A stretch of DNA of 64,000 bases, taken from positions 147,932,001-147,996,000 of the forward strand of contig NC_082708.1 of NCBI RefSeq assembly GCF_030144855.1. Direction: 5' to 3'. Both the position numbers and the translations under genes were made by a program. Under the pieces are notes generated by a model. The model was not told the origin of the DNA, did no database searches, and saw nothing but the letters and a program-made list of their open reading frames with translations. The DNA comes from Hypanus sabinus. Taxonomy: Eukaryota. Each line of letters opens with the position of its first letter. Positions within the stretch are counted from its first letter, which is position 1. Positions 51,428 to 63,912 of the stretch are shown in pieces.

Positions 51428-52806
51428 CAGGGGTCAGCAACCTTTACCACTGAAAGAGCCACTTGGACCCGTTTCCCACAGAAAAGAAAACACTGGGAGC
51501 CGCAACACCCGTTTGACATTTAAAATGAAATAACACTGCATACAACATTTTGTTTTGCCTTTATGCTGTGTATAAACAAACTATAATGTGTAGCATTTAT
51601 GAAATTGATGAACTCCTGCAGAGAAAACGAAATTACATTTCTGCATGCAACAAAAACATTTTGAACTCCAAAAAAAAGACGTTGGGTTGAAGGTTACTTT
51701 TAAGTAAAATACTCAACGTCCATTTGAGTCCTTCTTGTATTTATGAAAAACGCCAAACTTAAATTTGCCGCCAGCAGCAAACCAAAAGTAACGTCAGCCA
51801 GCTGTCAACCTGAAAAATAAAAGGACTATTTCACTGAACAATGAAAACATATGAATATACGTAAAATAATAGGCAATTAAAATATTTATCATACTTGGTC
51901 AGGTTGACTCACACCTGACAATGCAGTGGTATTCAGTAGGGATGGATCGATGCTTAGGGGAGTGACTGGGAAGGATAATGTGTTTTTTTCCTCTCTGAAC
52001 TCACAGAAGCGTTTCCCAAACGATGTTTGCATTGCGATGATTGCAGAATGTAAATACTCCGAATTTATCATGTTGTGACCTTGTTTGAACTCTCTCAAAT
52101 TGGGGAAGTGAGACAATGTGCCTTTCTGTAAATCTCTGGCAAGCACTGTCAACTTGCGCTTGAATGCCAAAACATCCTCCAACATGTGCAGGGCTGTACG
52201 TCCTTACCCCTGAAGAGCTGTGTTCAGCGTGTTCAGGTGCGCTGTCATATCTACCATGAAGTGTAGCTTTTCCAGCCACTCTGGCTGTTCCAGCTGAGGA
52301 AAGGTGAGCCCTTTGCTGCCCAGGAAAGTTTTCACTTCTTCCAGACACGCGGCAAAGTGTTTCAGCACCTCCCCTCTGGACAGCCAGCGATAAAAACACG
52401 TTGTAGCGGTGTGCTACACGCAGTCAGTAAACTGCAGTCAAAGATAGCTTTATTTGAACTAAACAGCCTTGCTTTTAAGCCTCCCTCAACCCGCCCCCCC
52501 ATGGGCGCGGATGCTGCAAAAGACACGTACTCACAAACCCCCGTAGGCTATCTCCCTTAGCCTGAGCGCTGGCTAATTGTGTGCCGGTTCGGATGTGTCA
52601 GGAAATGGGTCGCCACAACGTCTTATTTAGATTGTACAAGATCACCATAATCTTCAAATTTAGAATTACATTTCAAAAACTAACAAACTAACATAAAATA
52701 CATTTTAATTAAATACTGACCAATTATTTCCCAAAGCAACAGGGAGCCACAGCACAGACGTAAAAGAGCCACATGTGGCTCCGGAGCCGTGGGTTGCCGA
52801 CCCCCG
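51428..52806 (-). mobile_element. hAT (Charlie/Buster, GTF2IRD2-like) non-autonomous DNA transposon
   Basis: TIRs CAGGGGTCAGCAACC / GGTTGCCGACCCCCG; perfect 8-bp TSD CTCTAAAC; transposase fragment RWLSRGEVL...HLNTLNTALQG...FKRKL. Confidence 0.92.
52402..52617 (-). mobile_element. 216-bp solo LTR inside the hAT element
   Basis: TGTAGCG...CGCCACA; perfect 4-bp TSD ACGT; AATAAA on the minus strand. Confidence 0.8.
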
Positions 52807-53749
52807 CTCTAAACCTTTTACATCCATAAAGGAAACTAGAAATACAGCATTTAGTGATATTGGAAGGCCATTATATCCCAAATACTGAAACTGTGCAAAT
52901 TCCCTGTGCCTTGGAACCAACACAGGAGCAAGAACTGAAGACAAGGAATATTGCCATAACTACCTCTAATGCCTCCAATTATTAAATGGTTTTCATGTTA
53001 GGACAAGTGACCTAATGCTACAGATCAAAGCAGAAAGTGATAGAAAGTCTTAACATCTGTGGCAAGAGAAGCATTTTATGCTTTAGAAAATAAAAGACCA
53101 ACTTTAATCTAGAGTGATTGGTGGAGAGATGAACGGGGCAAAGTGAATATTCCTGATAATGTGAGCTCAGGGTTGTCTGTGATTGAACTTTGCTCATCAC
53201 CTTATTCATGGCAAGGAGAAAAATAGAAACTACTCAGGCTGAGCAAAGATTAAGAGACAGATGGTAGTCCCATTGAAGAGAGAAGTGGTTCAAGGTTTGC
53301 ATTTCTAGAAATGGTAGTGTGGATGTTTTAACAGAGAGATGTAGAAATGTGGAGCCATGTAGGGAGGTTATTCTAATGTTTAAGGTAATGCCTCAGCAGC
53401 TGCCTATAGATAACCCTTAAATAGTGCTTATAATGACACAAAAAGCCATTTGGCCATTCAGATCCATGCTGCTTCCCTGCGGAACGATTCCTTAATACTT
53501 ATTTCCCTTTTCTTATTTTCCTTTTATCGGCAACTCATTCTCTCTCACATTCACCCACCAACTCCATTTCAGTTATTTTTGCTATTACTAATACTATAGG
53601 GCAACTTACAGTGGCCAGTTAATCTACCAGTACATTTTTTTGGGATCTGAGAGGAAAGTGGAATAAGCAGAGTCTTTGGAACTACTAAATGTTTAAATCT
53701 GCTAATGATATCTTTGTCATTGGCTGAATCAAAGATGAGCATATCTACA

Positions 53750-54192
53750 CAGAGCACTGTTGCAGGGGAACAATATCCATCAGCAAGGACCTCCACCATT
53801 TTAACTATGCTCTCTTCTCACTGCTGCCATCAAGAAAAGGGTACAGGAGGCCCAGGAAGAGTTACTATCCTTCAATCATCAGGCTCTTGAACCAGAGGGG
53901 TAATTTCTCCCAGCCCACCACTAAACTGTTCCAACAACATATGGACTCACTTTCAATGACTTTTCATCTCATGTTCTTGATATTTATTTATTTATTCTTA
54001 TTCTTAATTTTTTTTTGTATTTACACAGTTTGTTGTCTTTTGCTTATTGATTGTTCTGCTGGGGGCTGTTTTTCACTGCTTCTATTTTGTTTCATGTATT
54101 TACTGTGAATGCCTGCAAGAAAATGAATCTCAGGGTTGTATCTGGTGAACACATATATACTTTGATAATAAGTTTACTTTGAAGTTTTGAAC
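53750..54192 (+). mobile_element. Rex1/Babar 3' fragment
   Basis: SISKDLHH remnant; tail TTTACTTTGAAG. Confidence 0.65.
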
Positions 54193-54319
54193 TCGGGGCT
54201 AAATCTTCAGTAGATGAAATGTTACATTTAAGGAAGAGGAGTAAATAAACAGAGCTAAGGTCACACTTTCACAATTGCAATGTATGTCCGGAGGTCATGT
54301 ATTTGTGATCCAATATTTT

Positions 54320-54620
54320 ATTTTATTTGAAGATACAGTGTGGAACAGGAACAGGCCCTACTGATCCTTCAAGCTGGCTGTCCCAGTAACCCATTAATTT
54401 AACCCACACCTAATCAGGGATAATTTGCGATGACTAATTAATCTACTAATGGTGTACCTTTGGATTGTGGGACAAAGACAGAGTGCCCAGAGGAAGCCCC
54501 CACACACACTCAAGAAGGTACTTACAAACACAGCATACAGAAGATGCTGGAAATGAATTCTGAACTCCAACGCCCCAAGCTGCAATAGCGCTGTGCTACT
54601 TCTGCATTCACATGGTGCCC
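54320..54620 (-). mobile_element. HE1/V-SINE (another copy at ~55985-56340 +)
   Basis: tRNA-like head and V-domain. Confidence 0.7.
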
Positions 54621-55152
54621 CCCCCCCCCATTATTCCTACAAGAAAAGGCTGCTAACACAACAGATTTAAATATAATTACTTCTTTGTACCTTATGACTT
54701 CCATTTTCATTCTGAGCCGGTCCTTGTACCTAGATGAGAGAAGCAATTCAAAACAATTATTACTATCTAATACAGCAACTTACATGAAATGCCATCATCA
54801 TAGCACATAGAACAGTATAGCATAGGAATAAGCTCTTCAGCCCATGCTGTTGTGCCAAATTAATTAAAACAATGATACCTTGTTATGCTAATCCCTTCTG
54901 CTTGCACATGGCCATATCTCTACATTCTCTGCATATTCAAGTGCCCGTCTATGAGCCTCTTAAATGAATGCCTCTACCATATCTGTCTTCACCACTGCCC
55001 CTGGCAGTGCATTCCAGGCACACAACTCTCTGCATCCTTAGAAGTTTGTGAAGATTCAGCATGACATCTAAAACTTTGACGAACTTCAATAGATGTGTAG
55101 TGGAGGGTATATTAACTGGCTGCATCACAGCCTGGTATGGAAACACCAATCA

Positions 55153-55826
55153 TAAACACAAGAAGGTCTGTAGATGCTGGAAATGCAAAACAACACACAC
55201 AAAATGCGGGAGGAACTCAGCAGGTCAGGCAGTATCTATGGAAATGAATAAACAGGCGGTTTCAGGCCAAGACACTTCTTCAGGACTGAAAAGGAAAGGA
55301 GAAGATGCCAGAATAAAAAGGTAGGAGAGGGGAAGGAGGCTAGCTAGAAGCCAGGTGGGTGGGAAAGGTTGAATGCTGGAGAAGAAGTAATCTGATAGGA
55401 GAGGAGAGTGAGCCATAGCAGAAAGGGAAGGAGGAGGGGTCCTCTCTCATCTTATCCCCTTACCTGCTCATTGCCTCCCTCTGGCGCACCTTCCCATTAC
55501 CTTTCTTCCATGGTCTTCTGTCCTCTTCTATCAGATTCCCTCTTCTCCAGCCCTTTATCTCTTTCACTAATCAACTTCCCAGCTCTTTACTTCATTCCTC
55601 CCCTCTTCTGGTTCCACCATCACTTACTACCTTGTACTTGTTCCCCTTCTCCCCCTCACCTTCCTACCCTGACTTGTCATCTCCTCTTTCCAGTGTTGAT
55701 GAAGGGTTTTGCCATGAAACGTCGACTATTTATTCTTGACCATAGGTGCTGCCTGGCCTGCTGAGTTCCTCCGGTATTTTGAGTGTATTACTTTGAATTC
55801 TGAAATCTGCAGATTTTCTCTTGTTT
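55153..55826. mobile_element. Inverted pair of Neptune-type PLE pLTRs
   Basis: Minus copy ~55153-55440 abuts plus copy ~55441-55826; hammerhead-like motifs at ~55255-55289 (-) and 55691-55728 (+). Confidence 0.8.
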
Positions 55827-57515
55827 TTAAGTTCTCTGTTTCTGATTTGTAGAGTTTCAGCTGATCTCGTTCAGGATCAAAAGGTTATGCGGGCCATTCA
55901 GCCTCCTTTATGACCAGTTAAGCAATGGGAAAAGCCAGGAATCCTGCCGCTGGTTGTTCATCAACTACTCATTACTTGAGGGCACAGAATGACACAGTAG
56001 AACAACTAGAAAAAGTTGCTATGTCATAGCTCTAGTGACCTGGATTTATTCCTGACCTCTGCTGTTGTCTGTGTGGAGATTATACACTCTCTCCATGATT
56101 GTGTACGTTCCCTTTGGATGCTGTTCATCCCACTACCCAAAGAGGTAGGTTGATAAGGTAATAGCCCACTTGTAAATTGCCCTTACTCCATAGGAGAGTG
56201 GTAGATATGGGGAGAAGTGTAATAGAAAGAAAAGTATGGAGAATAAAACAGGATTACTTCAGGATTAGTGTATATGGATGCTTAACAGTTGTAGACTCAA
56301 GTGTTCTGAAATGCTAGTCTTTGGTTGTAAAAATCTATGATAGCTTGTGAGCTGGGGAGACAGCATGAACTGTCTGGAGCAATATATAAAGATTAAAGCT
56401 AAATAATGTGTTAAAGGGGCTGGAAGGTTCTGTTGACTGGAAACTTAGAAACTTTAAGAGAAAAGTCAACATGACACAGTAGAGTGGGAAATGAGTAATA
56501 GCAGATTTTGTCAGGGATGGATAGATCATACAAACATAGGAGTATGCTTCCAATTAGAGTCAGAGCAGGGGAAAATGGTAAAAGGACTAAAAGCTCGTTA
56601 TCTGAATGTATGCAATATTCACAGCAGATTTACTGCCACAAATAGGAGTAAGTGTACATAATCAAATATACATTACATGATGACTAAGATACATCATTTT
56701 TAGAAGAGACCGCTGAAAACAAAGTGAGGCAGTAGGTAGTTTGGTAGAAGAACTCAACAGGTCAAGTGGTACCTGTGGGAGGAATGGAAGTATCAACATT
56801 TCAGGTAGAAAAGCAGGATCAGGACTCATTTCAGATTTCAAACTGAAATGTCAACAGCTCCTTTCATCCCACAGATGCTGCTTGACCAGTTGAGTTCTTC
56901 CCGCAGATTGATAATTGCTCCAGATTCCGGCGTCTGCAGTCTTTTGTGTCTCAAAATTAAAGAAGAGGCTCTGAGGTTAAGGATTGAAAAAAATGGTAGT
57001 CAAGAGGAAGAAAAATCATGTAGAATAAATTTGATTCATTTAGAGCAAGTGGCAGGAAGCATTAACTACATGGAAATACAGGGCATAGTATAACTCAGGA
57101 AATTAGATGAACTGTACATTACAAGAGTAATAGAATAATTGTTGATGACTTTAATTTACATATGAATTAACCAAAACAAATTAACTATAGTGTGGAGATA
57201 AAATATGCTGAATATATAAGAGATTTTATTTAATGAGTACATTGAGAAGCCAGTAAAGGAATAAGCTATTTTATATCTTGCATCTTGAAATGTGAAAGGC
57301 TGAACTGATGATCTGGTGGATAAGAGATCTTTAGGGAATAGTGTTCATATGACAGGATTTTATATAAAAATTAGAAGTAATTTAATTCTTTCCAAATGCA
57401 GGGCCTTAAATTTGAAGGAAGCCAACTCTGTAGGATAGAGAAACACTATAGAAGGTAAACTATGTAAACAGGTATAATTGCAAGTGAGCAATGGCTAACA
57501 TTTCAATAGTTAATA

Positions 57516-59914
57516 TACACTTCTCAACTTTATTGGGTACACCTGTATACCTACTCATTAATGCAAATATATAATCAGTTAATCGTGTCGCAGCATTTCT
57601 GTGCATAATAGCACGCAGACTTGGTTCAAAGCAAACATCAGAAAAGGGGAGAAATGTGATCTTAGTGACTTTGACTGGAATTATTGTTGGTGCCAGACAG
57701 GGTATGCGCATCTCAGAAATTACTTACCTGGTATTTTAATGCATAACAGTCTATAGAGTTTCCAGGGAATGGTATGAAAAACCAGATAAAAATATCCAAT
57801 GAGCAGCAGTTCTGTGGTGTTGCCTTGTTAATGAGAGAGGTCAGTGAAACATGACCAGACTGGTTCAAGCTGACCGGAAGATGACTGCAACTGAAATTAC
57901 CATGCTTTACAACAGTAGCTTGCAGAAGAGCAAATCTGAACACACAACATATTGTGCATCAGAGCCATACAAGTCTGGAGACCAAGAGGTGTAGGTGTGA
58001 TCTCCAGAGAGCCACCTCTTAGGCAAAGTGGAAATTTTGGACTAGATGAGAATCAATGAGGGATGCTTGACAGCTGTGGGAAGGTTTGAATGCCATAACT
58101 TCCTACAAAGTTAAATCTCGAGACATAGGAGACAGCAAAGCCTCGCTTCCAGTTGAGCTCAATACCTTCCATGCTCACTTTGATCACCAGAATGGAGGAA
58201 CCACCATGCACTTCCATGTCTCCCAATGATCCTTTGGTGTCTGTTTCTGAAGATGATGTGCAGGCTGCCTTCAAGAGAGTGAATCCAAGGAATGCATCCA
58301 GTCCGGACTGAGCACCTAGACAAGTACTGAAAAGCTGGGCCAACCAGCTGGCTGGTGTTATTCACAAATATTTTCAAACTCTCGCTCCAGCAGTGGGCTT
58401 CAAGCAGGCTTCAATAATACTGGTGCCTAAGAAGAGCGTGGTAACTGTGTAAACGACTATTGTCCAGTGGCACTTACATCCACAGTGATGAAGTGTTTTG
58501 AGAGGCTGGTGTTGAAACTTCTCAGCTCCTGTCTGTGGCAACTTGGATCCGCCCCCATTCGCCTCCAAAGCAACAGGTCTACAGTGGATGCTATCTTGTT
58601 GGCTCCTCACACAACCCTGGAACATCTGGATAGCAAAGATGCACACATCAGAATGTTCTTTGTTAATTACAGCTTGAACTTTAACACCATCATACCCTCA
58701 AAACTAATCAGTAAACTCCAAGACCAGGGCCTCAATACCCCCTGGTGCAATTGGATCCTGGATTTACGCACTTGTAGACCCCAGTCAGTTTGGATTATCA
58801 AAATCCTCTCCTCTGCAATCTCCATCAGCACAGAGCTCTGCAGAGATGTGTCCTTAGCTCCCTGCTCTACTCACTTTACACCTATGACTGTGTGGCTAAT
58901 TTCAGCTCCAACACCATATACAAGTTTGCTGATGACACCACTGTTGTGAATCAGCATCCAGGAGGGAGATTGAAAAGTTGTCTGATCGGTGTAATAACAA
59001 CAACCTCTCACTAAATGTCAATAAGACCAAAGATCTGATAGAAGTCTTTAGAAGAGGGAAACCAGAGGTCCATGAGCCAGTATTCATCAGAGGATTAGAG
59101 GTGGAGAGGGTCCGTAACTTTAAATTCCTAGGTCTCACTATCTCAGAAGACTTGTCCTGGACCCATCAGTTAAATATTATTGTGAAGAAAGCATGACAGT
59201 GTCTCCACTTCCTCAGGATTCTGTGGAGGTTTGGCAATAGCATCAGAGACCTTGGCAAACTTCTATAGATGTGTGGGGGAAAGTGTGCTGACTGGCTGCA
59301 TTATAGCCTGGTATGGGAACACCAATGCCTGTGAGCAGAAAAGGTAGTGGATTCGGCCCAGTACATCACAGGTAAATCTTTGAATACATCTATATGAAAC
59401 ATTGCTGTAGAAAAGCAGCATCCATCATCAAAAATCACCACCTCCCAGGCCATGCTCTTTTCTGGCTGCTGCCATCCGGTAGAAGGTGCAAGAGCCTCAG
59501 GACTCACATCACCAGGTTCAAGAACATTTACTACCCCTCAACCATCGGGCTCTTGAACAAAAGGGGACAACTATACCCATTTAAGGACTCTTTCACCTTG
59601 TTTTTACATGCCTGTTATTTATTGCTATTTATTTGTTAACTGCACTTGCACAGTTGGTTTACAGTTTATAATTCCTGATGTTTACAGATCCTGTTTAGAG
59701 TTACTGTTCTATAGATTTGCTAAGCAGAAGAAGAATCTGTGTTGTACGTGGTGACATGTATGTGCTCTGATACTAAATTTTACTTTGAACTTTTTGAATT
59801 TTACTTTTGAACATATTGAAACTTGAATGCATGGGCTACAGCAGCAGAAGACCATAAACATAAAGAAATACATTCCACGGCCACTGTACCCAATAAAGTG
59901 GGCACCTAATGTCT
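57516..59914 (+). mobile_element. Non-autonomous Tc1 element split by a Rex1 LINE
   Basis: TIR-like ACTTTATTGGGTACA / TGTACCCAATAAAGT; decayed paired-domain N-terminus. Confidence 0.75.
57955..59809 (+). mobile_element. Rex1/Babar LINE
   Basis: ALTSTVMKCFERLV, YKFADDTT; 9-bp TSD AACATATTG (57946-57954 / 59810-59818). Confidence 0.9.
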
Positions 59915-60214
59915 ATTAAGTTAATAATATAAATTAAAATTAGTTAATATATAACACATTATAAATATTCCTTAAAGCAAAAGTGGATGAGAAGTGGTCC
60001 AGTCATGGTTATCAAGAGAAGTTAAAGATAGCATCACATTACAGGAAGCTTAGGCTGCTGAGGTTTGGGAAATGAATCAAATTCAATGTAAGAGGATCAA
60101 GGAATTGGGTTGAAGAAAGAGAAAATAGAATGCAATACAGTCAAGCAGGAAACATGAAAAAAATAGTAAATAGTCTTGCGGATAAGTAAAAGAAAAAAAG
60201 ATTAGAGGAAGTTA

Positions 60215-60676
60215 TAACATATGAGGAACGTTTCACCGCTCTTGGACTGTACTCCTTGGAGTTTAGAAGAATGAGGGGGGGCCTCATAGAAACATTTCAA
60301 ATGTTGAAAGGCATGGACAGAGTGGATGTGGCAAAGTTGTTTCCCATGGTGGGGGAGTCTAGTACGAGAGGACTTGACTTGGGGATTGCAGGGCGGCCAT
60401 TCAGAACAGAGATGTGAAAAAAATTTTTTAGCTAAACGGTGGTGAATCTATGGAATTTGTTGCCACAGGTGGCAGTGGAGGCCAAGTCATTGGGTGTACT
60501 TAAGGCAGAGATTGATAGGTATCTGAGTAGTCAGGGCATCAAAGGTTATGGTGAGAAGGCGGGGGAATGGGACTAAAGGGGAGATTGGATCAGCTTATGA
60601 TGAAATGGCAGAGCATACTTGATGGGCCAAATGGCCAACTTCTGCTCCTTTGTCTTATGGTTTTATGGTCTATGTT
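60215..60676 (+). mobile_element. Younger CR1 3' end nested in old CR1
   Basis: TYEERF...LGLYSLEFRRMRG; (TTATGGT)n tail. Confidence 0.8.
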
Positions 60677-61808
60677 CACATGGAATCTTTCAGACGGGAA
60701 AAAGTATGTTGGGAAATAAGGAAATGAAAGAAAGTGTAAAGAAATGTGTGACATTAGTATTCAAAAGGCAGCAAGAATCCTCTGAGAAACAGAGGATAAT
60801 TACCAATTTTTTGAGAAGGAATAAGTCAAAGAAATTATTAATAATAAATTGTTACCGTTGAAGAAATTAATAGGGTTAAAAGGTACTAAGTAACTGAACA
60901 GGGTAATCTTCCTATCTGGACTTTTAAAGGAATTGATTGTGAATATAGAGGATGCAATGGTAATAGGCTTCCAAAATTCCCTATTTTTATAATGGTTCCC
61001 ATAGTTGTTAGTTAACAAGTGTAGTTCCACTATTTGAGAAAGGAGGGAGAGAGAAAAAAAGCTATAGACCATTTCACCTGACATTGGTAGCAGAGAAATG
61101 CTAGAATCTATATTAATGGAGTACTAAGAGTTTCATAAAAATACTGTAGACGATGGAATTTTAACATAAAAATTAACACACTAGAAACACCCAGGAAGTG
61201 AGGCAGCATCTCTGGAAAGAGAAATATAGTTGATAGTGATCCTCTAATCTGAATCACTGATCTTGAACCCAAAGTGTTAATTCTCTTTGTCTTCACACAG
61301 AATCTTCTAGACCTATTGAGTGTTTCCAACATTTTATGATTTTATGTAGAAAGCAACAATAGGAAGGGAGCAGGATTAATGTGAACATATAAATGGTAAA
61401 TTATGTTTGATAAATCTGCTCATGCTTTTGAATAGATGAGAGCAAGTAATTGATATATATTCAAGTATATTCAAGGTCGTTGATTTGTTACCACCCAATT
61501 GATTATTCAATAAATTTAGAGTCCGTAGAGTTGGAGTTAATATACTGGGGTAAACTGAGGAATAGTTAATGAACAAAAAACAGATGATAGGTATAAAGTG
61601 GACCAATTTTGGGTTGAGAGGCTTTCACTAGTAGTTTGCTACCTGTGTACATGCTGGGTAATCAGCTATTTGCAATCTTTATCAGTGATTGGGATAAAGG
61701 GATCAAGTACAATATATATCCAAGTTTGCTGAGGATAAATAGCTACATGATAGAATGGGGTGTGTGAGGGTTGGAGAGAGGATGCAAGAGGATATAGACA
61801 GGATAAGA

Positions 61809-62371
61809 AAATAGAAACATAGAAAATAGGTGCAGGAGTAGACCATTCGGCCCTTCGAGCCTGCACCGCCATTCAGTATGATCATGGCTGATCATTCAAC
61901 TCAGAACTCTGTACCTGCTTTCTCTCCATACCCCCTGATCCTTTTAGCCACAAGGGCCATATCTAACTCCCTCTTAAATATAGCCAACGAACTGGCCTCA
62001 ACTGTTTCCTGTGGCAGAGAATTCCACAGATTCACCACTCTGTGTGTGGAGAAGTTTTTCCTCATCTCGGTCCTAAAAGGCTTCCCCTTTATCCTTAAGC
62101 TGTGACCCCTCGTTCTGGACTTCTCCAACATCAGGAACAATCTTCCTGCATCTAGCCTGTCCAAACCATTTAGAATTTTATACATTTCAATAAGATCCCC
62201 CCTCAATCTTCTAAATTCCAGCGAGTATAAGCCTAGTCGATTCAGTCTTTCTTCATATGGAAGTCCTGCCATCCCGGGAATCAATCTGGTGAACCTTCTT
62301 TGTACTCCCTCTATGGCAAGAATGTCTTTCCTCAGATTAGGGGACTAAAACTGCACACAATACTCCAGGTG
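61809..62371 (-). mobile_element. CR1 3' end
   Basis: ORF 61901..62284; TTCTATGT-type tail. Confidence 0.9.
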
Positions 62372-62487
62372 ATAGACCAGGGCATGCCATATGAAACATA
62401 TTGTGGAATGATCTGAGATCACCTGATGTGGTTGACAAATGGAAAGACAGAGTGTATTTCTATCCAACTTTGAAGAGTGTTTTGATG

Positions 62488-63355
62488 TGTTACGAATGAG
62501 GAGCAACCCTACTGGTGCAAAGTTGACCACCCCCCCTTTTGGAGAATCGCAAATCGCTACTATTCTGATGCTGTTATCAAAGGAAATGAGAGAGATAAAC
62601 AGCTCATACAAATTTATGAGAGAGAGACAATGCAGGCACAGCACAGGTTGGAATGTCTCCTATTGACAAAGAGAGAGATTACTGCCATTGTCTCTTGGAG
62701 AAGGAATCATGTATTGAGTACTGTTCTATTCATTGAAACCCCTCAGGGGGCAACCAGAATGGTCTGGTTGAGGATTGCATCATCCCAACCTGATTGACAT
62801 CTGAGACCCCATGAGTGGGGATAAAAGTAGGGTCTGGGGAACACCCCTCAGACGCACCAGGAGAGACGCTACGAGACCGGTGGGGCTTGTGTGTGTGTCC
62901 ACCCTTGCCTGGGTGACGAGTCCTCCACAGAACGGTCTAGCTAAAGGACGGAGTGGTCATACGTGAATGGCCACAATAACAACGCATTGACGGGTCCAGA
63001 TTGTAAAAGGAAAGTCGGCAAGTTAAATAGCTGTTATCCTCTCTCTCTTTCTCTCTCTCCAACAATTGCAACACTGTGAACAACAACTACTGCAGCTTGC
63101 ATGAACTGAACTGAACTTTATACTTCCATCAGACAATTCATTATCCCCCAGACAATTATAGAGCTTATTTCTTACTGATTATTATTATACCCGCACTTTT
63201 AGGTTTAGTATTGATGACGTATATTATCTGTATATTTGCATTGATATTATTTTTGTGTATTTTTACTAATCAATACTGTTAAAAATAGTATCATCAGACT
63301 TCAACGGATACTCCTATCTTTGCTGGTAAGACACCCAGTTACGGGGTTCGTAACA
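62488..63355 (+). mobile_element. Solo LTR (868 bp)
   Basis: 9-bp inverted termini TGTTACGAA / TTCGTAACA; perfect 4-bp TSD GATG. Confidence 0.9.
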
Positions 63356-63614
63356 GATGCACAAAGTATTAACACAAAAAGGAAATGGAATGGTTCGTCT
63401 TGATTGCTGGTTTCACCAGTTGAAGAGATTGGATATCGATTGTCATGCGAGTAGCCAGGTGTCGGTTAATCTTCACCGACTTACAAGGAGAATTAGTGTT
63501 CTTTTGAAGTTGATATTTGAATTTGTTCAGAGTTTCCCAGTAGGGTTGTATTAGAGTTGAATAAAATGTTTCTTTTGGTGGTATTTCTGAAAAAAAGCCA
63601 CAGAGGGAATGTTT

Positions 63615-63912
63615 AGAATCATAATCAGATTTAATACTGTGTTTACTGTACATACTTTATGCTGTGAAATACCTTTTTCGCAGCAGCAGTACACTGCAAT
63701 ACATAATAATAAAAATATGAAATACAATAGGAGGTAAATATAAAATGAATAAGTAGTGCAAAAAGAGAGAAACAGAAGAAATACAGAGGTAGTGGTATGG
63801 GTTCATTGTCCATTCAGAAGAAGCTGTTCCTGAAATGTTGAGTGTATGTCTTCAGGCCCCCATACCACCTCCTTGATGGTAGCAATGTGGGAAGAAGGCA
63901 TGTCCTGGATGA
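63615..63912 (-). mobile_element. Rex1/Babar 3' fragment
   Basis: HPGHAFFPHCYHQGGG remnant; AATCTG-type tail. Confidence 0.6.

Larger units (their letters stand above)
56480..61805 (+). mobile_element. Ancient CR1 fragmented by later insertions
   Basis: Colinear decayed ORF2 pieces at ~56480-57505, ~59940-60215 and ~60676-61805. Confidence 0.65.

Noticed and set aside
51889-52399. Domesticated GTF2IRD2-like host gene
   Set aside because: Fragment with an internal stop, enclosed by TIRs and an 8-bp TSD, so an ordinary hAT derivative.
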